This document shows positions 31,461 through 41,042 of a stretch of DNA of 64,000 nucleotides, piece after piece. The translations under genes and the position numbers were made by a program. The first letter of the stretch is position 1; each line of letters starts with the position of its first letter. Source of the DNA: Methanocaldococcus indicus (GTDB lineage Archaea > AGJL01 > Methanococci > Methanococcales > Methanocaldococcaceae); NCBI RefSeq assembly GCF_049554935.1, contig NZ_CP186926.1, forward strand, positions 1,152,001 to 1,216,000. Direction: 5' to 3'. A model generated the notes under the pieces. That model had not been told where the DNA came from. It did no database searches and saw nothing but the letters and a program-made list of their open reading frames with translations.

Positions 31461-32224
31461 AACATCACCATTATTGCTTTTATTTTTTTAATTAAAAGCA
31501 CCACACCCACAACTAAAATCATTAATGATATCATTTTTCTTAAATTTTTTGGTTTTATTTTTGAATTCAAGTATGCTCCCAAATAAACCCCAGGAATAGT
31601 TCCAAAAATTAAAAGTAAAACCAAATTATAATTAACACTTCCTAAACTTATATAACTTACACTGCTAAAAAATGTCAATAGAAGTCCATAAAATAAACTT
31701 GTTCCAATAACATCTCTTGGAGAAAGATTTGTAAAGTTCATTAATGCAAAAGTAATTAATACCCCACTACCTATGGACGTAAATTGAACAACCAGCCCTA
31801 CTAAAAATCCAAAAAATACTAAAATTTTGGATGAATTATATTTTTTATGAATACAAAAAAATTCTTTTTTTAAATTTATAATTGAAGTAAATATTAAAAC
31901 AATACTAAGCATTATTGTTAAAAAAGTATTTATTTCGTCTCTATTAATAGTTCTTAGTATTATAGAACCAATAGCTATAGCTGGAAAACTACCAAAAAAT
32001 AGTTTTAGAGCAATATCGGTATTTACATTTCCTTTTTTATTATGAAAATAAGCACCCAATCCTTTTGTTATTGCAGCATATAACAAATCAGTTCCAATAG
32101 CAATTATTGGCTCAACTCCTAAAAATATCAATGATGGGGCCATCAATACTCCACCACCAATACCAGTAAGACCCACAACAACTCCAACTATAAACCCCAA
32201 AATAATAAAAATGATCCAATGCAA
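31457..32224 (-). CDS. TauE/SafE (TSUP) family sulfur-compound transporter
   Basis: GLTGIGGGVLMAP, AIGTDL, TSIGSG and VIGTSL motifs; about eight TM helices. Confidence 0.88.
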   Translation of the reverse strand: MHWIIFIILGFIVGVVVGLTGIGGGVLMAPSLIFLGVEPIIAIGTDLLYAAITKGLGAYFHNKKGNVNTDIALKLFFGSFPAIAIGSIILRTINRDEINTFLTIMLSIVLIFTSIINLKKEFFCIHKKYNSSKILVFFGFLVGLVVQFTSIGSGVLITFALMNFTNLSPRDVIGTSLFYGLLLTFFSSVSYISLGSVNYNLVLLLIFGTIPGVYLGAYLNSKIKPKNLRKMISLMILVVGVVLLIKKIKAIMVML

Positions 32225-32228
32225 AAAA

Positions 32229-32753
32229 TCACCCTAAATATCCAAGCTCTCTCGCCTTTTTTATTATTAATTCAACTTCTTCATTAACACTCATTTTTGA
32301 AGTATCTACAATAACTTCTGGATTTTCTGGTTCTTCATAGACCCCATCATATCCCGTAAGGCCTTTAATTTCACCTTTTAATGCTTTAGCATAAAGACCT
32401 TTTGGGTCTCTTTTAATTCTTTCTTCAAGAGGGGCATAAACATAAACTTCCATAAACTTGCCAATTTCTTTTCTTGCGTATTCCCTAACACTCCTATAAG
32501 GTGAAATAAGTGAAACTATTGCAATAGTCCCATTTTTTGAAAGTAATTTAGCTATGTAAATAACTACTCTATTATGCAGTTCCCTTGCTTCTCTACTAAA
32601 CCCCAAATTTGGATAAAGTGTTTTTCTGATTTCATCCCCGTCTAAAATCTCAACGTTGTATCCCATTTCATTTAATCTATTTTTTAGTGCTTTTGCTAAA
32701 GTTGTTTTTCCTGCTCCACTTGGCCCGGTAAGCCAAATTGTAAATCCTGTCAT
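32229..32753 (-). CDS. cysC: Adenylyl-sulfate (APS) kinase
   Basis: WLTGPSGAGKTT, LDGDEIR, SLISPY and RDPKGLYAKA motifs. Confidence 0.95.
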   Translation of the reverse strand: MTGFTIWLTGPSGAGKTTLAKALKNRLNEMGYNVEILDGDEIRKTLYPNLGFSREARELHNRVVIYIAKLLSKNGTIAIVSLISPYRSVREYARKEIGKFMEVYVYAPLEERIKRDPKGLYAKALKGEIKGLTGYDGVYEEPENPEVIVDTSKMSVNEEVELIIKKARELGYLG

Positions 32754-32763
32754 TTTGTCTCCC

Positions 32764-33705
32764 TTATTTTTTTGAAATATTATTATTTTGAATAATGCTT
32801 AAAACTTCATTAATGCTGTCTTTGTTGCAAATACATCCTAAGACATCATTTTTACCACCAACATTAAATCCTTTAGATTTCAATGTTTGAATAATCTCAC
32901 TTATTTTTATATCATTCTCCAAATTAGGTGAAATTCTAAAGTATATCTGTGCTTTTCCATGGAAACCTTTATTTACAACTATTGCTCCATCATAACTCAT
33001 TTCCCAAACAACTTTTCTTGCAACTTTTGATATAATATTAAATTTACTCTCAAATTCAATGAAAGCAAATCCTTCTTTAACCTTAATATTTGAAATTGCA
33101 TTCTCTATTGCATCATTGATTTTTTCAAGGTTCTTGTTCCACTTTTCATACTCTAAAATTTCTTTTGGTTCTAATTCTAAAACAACTTTTACAGCATTTT
33201 CTACGCTTTTTCTATCCATAATGATATAGTTAGAATCAATCAATTGAACTAACTTTAAAGTCTCTTCTTTACTAAGATTTTTTTCCTTTAAAAGCTCTAA
33301 AATTTTTGGAATATTATATGCTCTTTCCCCAATATCCCCTACAGCTCCAAGTGCAGATAAGTAATTCCAAAAAGAAAAATATTCAGAAACTACAAAAGAT
33401 GCTGAAGGATAATCTTTTCCAATCAAAACTGGATTTATTTGTTTAACATGAGGGTTTTCAATCTTTTTTTGAATATGATGGTCAATAAATATTGTTTCTT
33501 TTTTTATGTTTTCTACTTCATTTGGAAGATTTAAATCTAAAACATAAATTTTTTCTGATTTTTCAATCCATTCCCAAATTCTTTTATCAAACCTAAATTC
33601 TCCAATTGGTGGAGTTACATTTACAAAATCCTCTAAATTTAATGCTTTAACTGTTAAAGCTGCTGAAGTTATCCCATCAGTATCCCAGTGATGGATAATT
33701 AACAT
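32764..33705 (-). CDS. DHH-family phosphoesterase, probable PAP phosphatase
   Basis: HHWDTDG, LDL, IDHH and GG motifs; located between sat and cysC. Confidence 0.8.
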   Translation of the reverse strand: MLIIHHWDTDGITSAALTVKALNLEDFVNVTPPIGEFRFDKRIWEWIEKSEKIYVLDLNLPNEVENIKKETIFIDHHIQKKIENPHVKQINPVLIGKDYPSASFVVSEYFSFWNYLSALGAVGDIGERAYNIPKILELLKEKNLSKEETLKLVQLIDSNYIIMDRKSVENAVKVVLELEPKEILEYEKWNKNLEKINDAIENAISNIKVKEGFAFIEFESKFNIISKVARKVVWEMSYDGAIVVNKGFHGKAQIYFRISPNLENDIKISEIIQTLKSKGFNVGGKNDVLGCICNKDSINEVLSIIQNNNISKK

Positions 33706-34856
33706 TTACTCACCTACAAATGGATTTTTGAAACTTTTTATAACTTCATAAACCTCTTTTCTCATAAAGTGTTCTGGAGGTATCTTTCCATTCATTATCA
33801 TGTTCCTGATTTTTGTTCCACTAAAATATTTCCTATCTTCCATTGGATGAGGACAAATTTTTTCATTTACTATACCTTTACATTTTTTGCAATAGAAAAA
33901 TTCTTTAAAAAACATTGGAGTTATACCCAAATCAGGGAAGTTTTTGAATATCTCTTGTGCTTCGTAAGGCTTATAATAATTTCCTACTCCTGCATGGTCT
34001 CTTCCAACAATAAAGTGAGTACATCCAAAGTTCTTACGCATTATTGCGTGGTGTATGGCTTCTCTCGGTCCAGCATATCTCATTTCATACCTAACAGTTG
34101 CTAAAACTGCGGAATCTTTTGGATAGTAATGTTCAAATAATGTCTCATACGCTTTTAAAATAACTTCATCTTTATAATCTCCTTTCTTTTTCTTTCCGAG
34201 AACTGGATTTATAAAAAGACCATCAACAAAAGTTAAGGCAAATTTTTGTAAATACTCATGTCCTAAGTGAGGAACATTTCTTGTTTGGAATGCAACTATT
34301 GTCTCAAATTTTCTTTTTTTAAATAAAACTCTTGTTTCTGATGGTCTAAGGGTATATTTTTCAAAAGGATTAGGTAACTCATTTAGAAGATAAATTTCTC
34401 CACCAACAAGGTATTCTCCCATATCCATGACTTTAGCAACTCCAGGATGATTTATATCTGTTGTTTTAAAAACCTTCTGGGCAAATTCTTTTTTATCATA
34501 CTTATAGATGTCATCAACATGCATCACTGCTATCAGAATGTCTTTGTAAAAAAGTAGAATTGTATCTTCTACTCCAAAATTGAGCTCTTTTTCGCTAACA
34601 TCCAAAACAATAGGAATACTCCACGGTAAGCCATTCGGTAATCTCATAGTATCTAAAACTGATTGAAATTCTTCCTCTCTTAGAAATCCCTCAAGTGGAG
34701 AATAAACTCCATAAGCAATATTTTCTAAATCAACTGCTATTCCCTCTCTAATTTGGATTTTTTGGTATTCATCCTTTTCATCTAAAATTCTCTCTTTAGT
34801 TTTTTTTTTGATGATAGTTTTCTAACCAATTTTCCTCCATGTGGCTTTGAAACCAA
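33706..34856 (-). pseudogene. sat: Sulfate adenylyltransferase (ATP sulfurylase), frameshifted in an A10 tract
   Basis: TTG start at 34856 after RBS GGGGTGAT (VSKPHGGKLV). Frame break at the T10 run 34800-34809. Downstream YSPLEGFL, FQTRNVPHLGHE, RYAGPREA, GRDHAG and SGTKIR are intact. Confidence 0.9.
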
Positions 34857-34968
34857 AATTATCACCCCATACTTCACAAAAATATTTCAAAGGATCGTTT
34901 AGTAAAAAGTAAAATATATAATAAATAATACAAATTATCTATTTTTGAATTTTTTGGAATACTATTCC

Positions 34969-35657
34969 GACACTGTCAAGTTAACGACATCAACCAATTG
35001 TAGAACATCATGAAACTTTTAATCCAGCTAACAACTGTATCGAATTTGCTGTTATTAGGAAACCTATTATAAAATGCTTTAGTTCTTCGTTTGAGTAGTG
35101 AGAAAAAGCTTTCTACACAATTTCTCAGTCCGAATCTGACTCTTTCAAATTCTAAACCCAATCTTTGCAATGCCCACGGATACCATCTTCCACCATCGAC
35201 CAAAATCTTCGGCTTATTAGAGCAAAATTTTAATATACTCTTAACGAATAATATAGTATCGAGGCAGTTTCTTGTTTCAGAAACATAAACTCCCAAGCAC
35301 TCTTTCGATTCAACATCAATAGCAGACCATACGTAAATATTTTCATTTCCAATCTTTAGTTTGGTCTCATCGATTGCAATTGCGTATCTTTCCTTTCTTT
35401 CAGGTTCGTTTAAAACATCTTTAATCTTGTGATAATAAGTCCTAACCGACTCATGGCTTATACTTTCGAATTGGGAACGAAACAAACTTACCTTCCTCAA
35501 CGATAGTCCAAGATAATACAAAATCCCAGCTAAGATTTTAACTTCTATCGACTTCTTATTCCTTTTAAAAATCTTCTCCTCTTCGATTCTCTTATCGTGA
35601 GCTTTATATTTTATTATTTTTTATCAATTATTAATAAAAGCTTAACTTGACACTCTC
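34969..35657 (-). mobile_element. IS6-family element copy 4 (689 bp), defective
   Basis: IRs at 34969-83 and 35643-57. Shares the ATA start mutation and SLFRSQ with copy 2, and has a private 13-bp deletion at about 35592. Confidence 0.93.
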
Positions 35658-36039
35658 TGTTCAACAGCCCAATAAAATTAAATGCAAATTCTGGATGATG
35701 ATATTTAATTCTTTCAATTATGTATTTTACTAACTCCTCTTTTTCCATATTCTTTAATTTATCTATTATTTTGTCTGCATCAATATATTCATTATTTTTA
35801 TAACTTAAGAGAGTTGCAACTCCATGCTTACAGTTATAACCATAAGAACAGGAACATTCTGATTCCAAAGTTTTTAAATTAACAACTACATCATAAACAT
35901 GAGTTCCAATAACTTTACCATATATCTTGTCTCCAAACTTTATTACACTCTTTACTCTTCCTTCTTTGTAATATTCAACTCCTCTTTTATATATCTCATA
36001 TCCATATTTTCTGATGATTTCATCCATAATATCTCTCAA
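35658..36039 (-). pseudogene. SWIM zinc-finger protein, N-terminal half, truncated by IS6 copy 4
   Basis: RGVEYYKEGRV, VIGTHVYDV and CSCSYGYNCKH motifs; the frame runs into the IR. Confidence 0.85.
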
Positions 36040-36590
36040 AATAACATCTTCTCAACTTCTTCACATATAACATGATATATGGTTAGATGACATTCTTGAA
36101 TTCTTGCTGTATCATTAGAAGGAACTATTAAAGCTAAATCAACAATATCCTTTAATTTTCCCCCTCCTTTCCCCAATAATCCAATTGTATAAATTCCCAT
36201 TTCTTTTGCTTTATTAACTGCTTTTATAACATTTTCTGAGTTTCCACTTGTAGATATTCCAACTAAAACATCTCCCTCTTTTCCTAATGCCTCTACTTGT
36301 CTTTCAAAAATCTTATCAAATCCATAATCATTCCCAATAGCTGTTAAAATAGATGTATCTGTTGTTAATGCAATAGCTGGCATTCCTTTTCTTTCCAACT
36401 TAAACCTTCCAACTATTTCAGCTGCAAAATGCTGAGCATCAGCAGCTGAACCACCATTTCCACAAATTAAAATTTTATTTCCATTTTTTAATGCATTATA
36501 TATTATATCAATAGCTTTTTTTAACTTATCTTCATTTTCTTCAATAAACTTTAATTTTACATTAGCACTTTCTTTAAAATACTCTTTCAT
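36036..36590 (-). CDS. gmhA: Phosphoheptose isomerase
   Basis: [30 protein letters not shown] and RIQECH motifs. Confidence 0.95.
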   Translation of the reverse strand: MKEYFKESANVKLKFIEENEDKLKKAIDIIYNALKNGNKILICGNGGSAADAQHFAAEIVGRFKLERKGMPAIALTTDTSILTAIGNDYGFDKIFERQVEALGKEGDVLVGISTSGNSENVIKAVNKAKEMGIYTIGLLGKGGGKLKDIVDLALIVPSNDTARIQECHLTIYHVICEEVEKMLF

Positions 36591-36710
36591 AATTTCACCA
36601 ATATATTATTTATTTATTCTATTATTTATTCTACTAACTTAACTTAATAAATGTTTTATAATAACTAAATTATTATTCTTTTAGTTCAAATTATTAGAGG
36701 ATGATATTAG

Positions 36711-37934
36711 ATGAAAATATGTGTTATTGGTTTAGGTTATATTGGATTACCTACGGCATCTATCTTAGCTGTAAGAGGATATGAAGTAGTTGGAGTAGAT
36801 ATTGATAAAAAGAGGTTGAAGGAGATTAAAAATTTAAGTTTTAAGACAACTGAGAAGGATTTATTAACATTGGTTAGTGGTGCTATAAAATCTGGAAATT
36901 TGGAAGTTAAAGATAAACCAGAAGAGGCAGATGTTTTTATTGTTTGTGTTCCAACTCCTTTAAAAAATAAAAAATGTGATTTAAGCTATATTAAAAATGC
37001 TGTTGAAAGTATAAAACCTCTAATAAAAGATAAAAATCTTGTAATTATTGAAAGTACTGTTCCTCCTGGAACTTGTGAAGAGATTTATAAAATGATTAAT
37101 AAAGATATTTATTTAGCTTATTGTCCAGAGAGAGTTTTGCCAGGAAATATATTACATGAGCTAATAAACAATGATAGAATTATTGGAGGAATTAATAAAG
37201 AATCTGCTATAAAAGCTAAAAAAATATATGAGAGCTTTGTTAAGGGAAATATATATTTAACTGACACAAAAACAGCTGAAACTGTCAAGTTAATGGAAAA
37301 TATTTATAGAGATGTTAATATTGCATTAGCTAATGAGTTTGCTAAAATAGCTGAAGAGCTAAATATTGATGTATGGGAAGCCATAAACTTGGCTAATAAA
37401 CATCCAAGAGTTAATATTCTTAAACCTGGACCAGGTGTTGGAGGGCATTGTATAAGCATAGACCCATGGTTTTTAGTTGAAAAAAGTAAAGAAGCTAAGC
37501 TTATAAAAACTGCAAGAGAAATAAATGATGAAATGCCCATATATGTGGCTAATAAAATTAAAAAATTAGCTAAAAAAACAGTTACTATTTTTGGTGTAAC
37601 TTATAAGGGAAATGTAGATGACACAAGAGAAAGTCCTGCTGAAAAGATAATTGATGAGTTATTAAAGGATAACTATGATGTAAGATGTTATGATAGATAT
37701 GCAAGAGATTTTAAATATCCTCTACTAAATTTGGAGGAGAGTGTCAAAGATAGTGAGTTAATTGTTGTGTTGGCTGACCATGATGAGTATAAAAACTTTA
37801 AGGAAGAGGATATAAAAAGAATTGGAAAATTAATGAAAAGAAGAGTTATTTATGATACAAGAAATATAATCAATAAAGATTTATGGAAAAATGAAGATTT
37901 CAAAATTTATATATTAGGTGGTAAAAATGATTAA
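36711..37934 (+). CDS. wecC: UDP-N-acetyl-D-mannosamine dehydrogenase
   Basis: [26 protein letters not shown] and [11 protein letters not shown] motifs. Confidence 0.88.
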   Translation: MKICVIGLGYIGLPTASILAVRGYEVVGVDIDKKRLKEIKNLSFKTTEKDLLTLVSGAIKSGNLEVKDKPEEADVFIVCVPTPLKNKKCDLSYIKNAVESIKPLIKDKNLVIIESTVPPGTCEEIYKMINKDIYLAYCPERVLPGNILHELINNDRIIGGINKESAIKAKKIYESFVKGNIYLTDTKTAETVKLMENIYRDVNIALANEFAKIAEELNIDVWEAINLANKHPRVNILKPGPGVGGHCISIDPWFLVEKSKEAKLIKTAREINDEMPIYVANKIKKLAKKTVTIFGVTYKGNVDDTRESPAEKIIDELLKDNYDVRCYDRYARDFKYPLLNLEESVKDSELIVVLADHDEYKNFKEEDIKRIGKLMKRRVIYDTRNIINKDLWKNEDFKIYILGGKND

Positions 37935-38748
37935 AGTGGCAGTTACAGGTGCATTGGGAAGAATGGGTTCAGGAATAATAAGAACTATTCTACAACAGGA
38001 AGATATGGAATTAGTAGCAGCATTTGAGAGAGTAGGGCATAAAGATAAAGGTAAAGATGTTGGAGAACTAATAGGAGTAGGAAAAATAGGAGTTATTTTA
38101 AATACTGCTGATGAAATGGATAAAGTATTAAAAGAGAAAAAGCCAGATGTATTAGTTGATTTTACAATAGCTGATGCATGTGTTGAAAATGTAAAAACAG
38201 CTGCAAAAAATAAAGTAAAATTGGTTATAGGAACAACAGGATTTACCAAAGAGCAAAAAGAAGAGATTTTAAAAGCAATTAGAGAGAATAAAGTTTCAGC
38301 TGTCATATCTGAGAATTTTGCAATTGGTGTTAATATATTCTTCAAAACATTAGAGTTCTTAGCTAAAAAACTTGGAGATTATGATATTGAGATTATAGAG
38401 ATGCATCATAGATATAAAAAAGATGCTCCTTCTGGAACAGCATTAAAAGCTGCTGAAATAATTAAAGAGAATAGGGGAGGAGGTTATTTTGTTTTTGGTA
38501 GAAAAGGTTTAGTTGGAGAAAGAAAAAAGGACGAGATAGGAATACATGCAGTAAGAGGAGGTGATGTAGTAGGAGAACATACTGTTATATTTGCAGGAGA
38601 TGGAGAAAAGTTAGAATTGACACATAAAGCAAGTAGCAGACAAGCATTTATCAATGGTGTTATCTTAGCTATTAGATTTTTAAAAGATAAAGATGAAGGA
38701 ATTTATGGCACTTTTGATGTCTTAGGATTGAGAGAATTAAGAACATAA
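37927..38748 (+). CDS. dapB: 4-hydroxy-tetrahydrodipicolinate reductase
   Basis: GALGRMG, DFT, GTTG and [15 protein letters not shown] motifs. Confidence 0.95.
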   Translation: MIKVAVTGALGRMGSGIIRTILQQEDMELVAAFERVGHKDKGKDVGELIGVGKIGVILNTADEMDKVLKEKKPDVLVDFTIADACVENVKTAAKNKVKLVIGTTGFTKEQKEEILKAIRENKVSAVISENFAIGVNIFFKTLEFLAKKLGDYDIEIIEMHHRYKKDAPSGTALKAAEIIKENRGGGYFVFGRKGLVGERKKDEIGIHAVRGGDVVGEHTVIFAGDGEKLELTHKASSRQAFINGVILAIRFLKDKDEGIYGTFDVLGLRELRT

Positions 38749-40019
38749 ATTCCAATAAATAAGGATATAATTCCTGCAAAGAAATCTCCTAAACTCCAAC
38801 CAATACATATTCCCAAATAACCTAAAAATAATGCCAAGATATAACTTGATGAAATATGGAAAAATTCTCTAATTATAGAGATTAAAAAGCTACCTTCTCC
38901 TCTACCTAATGCTTGGAATAATGAAGATGTAGAAAAAGTAAAAGGAATAAACAATAAATATATACTAACTATCTTTAATGTTTTTGATAATGGCTCTTTT
39001 AATGATATATCTCCATAACTAAAAATATATGCTAAATAATCAGAAAAAATAACTATTAAAGAAAATATTATAAATTCTAAGATTAATCCATAAATTATAG
39101 TATATAAATAAGCTTCTCTAACTTTTTTGTATAGCTTAGCTCCATATAATGCCCCAATAACAGATACTGCACCACTTGACAATCCAATTAAAGGAACAAA
39201 ACCAAACTCAGTTATTCTTAAAGCCCCTGTAAATACTGCTAAATCTTTATCATTTCCAAACATCATTATTAAATATGTTAAAAAGAAAAAAGTTCCTGCA
39301 ACTATAACATCATTAAAAGATGAAGGTATAGAAACTCTTAATAAATCCTTAATTATCTCAAAATCAATTTTTTTATAAATTTTTAATGGTTTAGTTTTTA
39401 TGTAATAAAATATCAATATTAAAAGTGAGATAAAAATAGAAACAACTGATGCAATTCCTGCTCCTAAGACACCTAATTTTAAAGTATATATAAAAATAGG
39501 GTCTAAAATAATGTTTATTAAACATCCTACTATTGTTGCTATCATAACTATTTTTGTTCTACCAACCCCTCTAAAAACTCCATAAAATACATCAGCTAAA
39601 TTTAAAACAATTGTTCCTAAAATTAGAGTTTTTGAATATAAAACTGCATCTAATAAATTTACATTCATTAAATTTAAAATAAAATCCACATTTGGATAGA
39701 AAATAAATATAACAAATAATGAATATATAATAGCTAAAATAATTGCATTATAAACAGCTTTTTCAGCTTTTTTAATATTATTTTCTCCTAAACTCCTTGA
39801 TATTAGTGAGCTAACAGCTATACTCAATCCCCAGGCAAATGCATAAAAAATTATTAAAATTGGAAAACTTGCACCAACTGATGCCAATGCCTCTGCTCCT
39901 AAACCTGCTACCCAAAAACTATCAGCAAAACTATACAATGACTCAAAAAATGTAGCAAAAATTATAGGTTTGGATATTCTAATGATTGATTTTTTAGGAT
40001 TATCCAAAAGTTCCAACAA
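38703..40019 (-). CDS. MATE family transporter
   Basis: About 12 TM helices; DSFWVAGLG..ALA and NIILDPIFI..LGVLGAGIA motifs. Confidence 0.9.
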   Translation of the reverse strand: MLELLDNPKKSIIRISKPIIFATFFESLYSFADSFWVAGLGAEALASVGASFPILIIFYAFAWGLSIAVSSLISRSLGENNIKKAEKAVYNAIILAIIYSLFVIFIFYPNVDFILNLMNVNLLDAVLYSKTLILGTIVLNLADVFYGVFRGVGRTKIVMIATIVGCLINIILDPIFIYTLKLGVLGAGIASVVSIFISLLILIFYYIKTKPLKIYKKIDFEIIKDLLRVSIPSSFNDVIVAGTFFFLTYLIMMFGNDKDLAVFTGALRITEFGFVPLIGLSSGAVSVIGALYGAKLYKKVREAYLYTIIYGLILEFIIFSLIVIFSDYLAYIFSYGDISLKEPLSKTLKIVSIYLLFIPFTFSTSSLFQALGRGEGSFLISIIREFFHISSSYILALFLGYLGICIGWSLGDFFAGIISLFIGIYVLNSLNPKTSKVP

Positions 40020-40066
40020 TATCCCCTCTACAATAAAGAGATAGATTAAAAAAGAGAATTAAATAT

Positions 40067-40369
40067 TTACTTTTGAGATTTTAATTCCTCTAAAACTTTG
40101 TCACACATATTTATAATATCCTTTAAACTTTCTTTTAGCACATCTATTGGATTTACACCCTCTTCTGTCAATATTGTTAATTTTGGATTGGTTATGTATC
40201 TTCCTGTTTCAGGATGAAGGAGTTGATGCTCAATATAGTAAGATGCCATTTTAACACCTTTTTTTGTTAAAAGAACATCTTTTAATAAATTAGGTAATGA
40301 GTGGTCTTCTCCAACTAATTCAATCTCTAATAAATTATCTTTCTTCTCTAATATTTTTATCTCCATCAT
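40067..40369 (-). CDS. rpoL: DNA-directed RNA polymerase subunit L (Rpo11)
   Basis: EIELVGEDHSLPNLL..ASYYIEH motif. Confidence 0.9.
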   Translation of the reverse strand: MMEIKILEKKDNLLEIELVGEDHSLPNLLKDVLLTKKGVKMASYYIEHQLLHPETGRYITNPKLTILTEEGVNPIDVLKESLKDIINMCDKVLEELKSQK

Positions 40370-40961
40370 ATTCACCTTTTAAAAGTTCTTTCTTAGCTAA
40401 GTTTATATCTTTATTTAATACAATTTTATCCTCTTCTTCTCTTAAAAATCCTTTATCTAATGCCTCTTCTATAACATCTTCAAGAGGTTTATTTTTTAAA
40501 TAAGATACAAGAACCACTAAATTCTTAACAGGTTTTGAGCCAAGTTTTGAGAATCTAAGCTCATTGTATAAGTTATGCAAATCTTCTAAAATCTTGTTAA
40601 ACTCATCAAGAGGCACATCTGTCTTTATAGCTCCTTCATCTTCTAAGTGTATAACTCTATATCCTAACTCCTTCAATGTGTCAATAACTAAATCCTTATT
40701 AACAGGATATTTCAATTCAGATAAGTAGTATTTATAATAACCTTCTTTATCTTTATTATACTTTCTCTTAATTTTTTCTAAAAGAGTTCTTACAGCTCTA
40801 TAATTCTCTGTTAAGGATTCCTTATCATAGCCAAATACATAAACTCTTAAATTCTTATTTTTAGATTTGACAATACAATCGATACCCATCTTTTCCAAAG
40901 CTTTACATATTTCCAATATTTCATCTTCACCACTAACCTTAGTAGCAATAATTCTCTTCAT
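40335..40961 (-). CDS. Conserved archaeal hypothetical protein (DUF2067-like)
   Basis: Intact ORF co-transcribed with rpoL, a usual position for this family. Confidence 0.55.
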   Translation of the reverse strand: MKRIIATKVSGEDEILEICKALEKMGIDCIVKSKNKNLRVYVFGYDKESLTENYRAVRTLLEKIKRKYNKDKEGYYKYYLSELKYPVNKDLVIDTLKELGYRVIHLEDEGAIKTDVPLDEFNKILEDLHNLYNELRFSKLGSKPVKNLVVLVSYLKNKPLEDVIEEALDKGFLREEEDKIVLNKDINLAKKELLKGEYDGDKNIREER

Positions 40962-41042
40962 AAATTTCACCAATAATTTTAATAAGAAATATTTTTAAAT
41001 AAATACTAATAAATAGAATATAATAATTGTTATTTTGGTGGA

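Noticed and set aside
34956-34968. Palindrome GGAATACTATTCC upstream of sat as an NrpR operator
   Set aside because: The spacing is GGAA-N5-TTCC, not the N6 consensus. It coincides with the IS6 target duplication. It could be another regulator's site, but nothing here supports that.
38703-38748. 46-bp convergent overlap of dapB and the MATE gene
   Set aside because: Tail-to-tail overlaps are ordinary in compact Methanococcales genomes.
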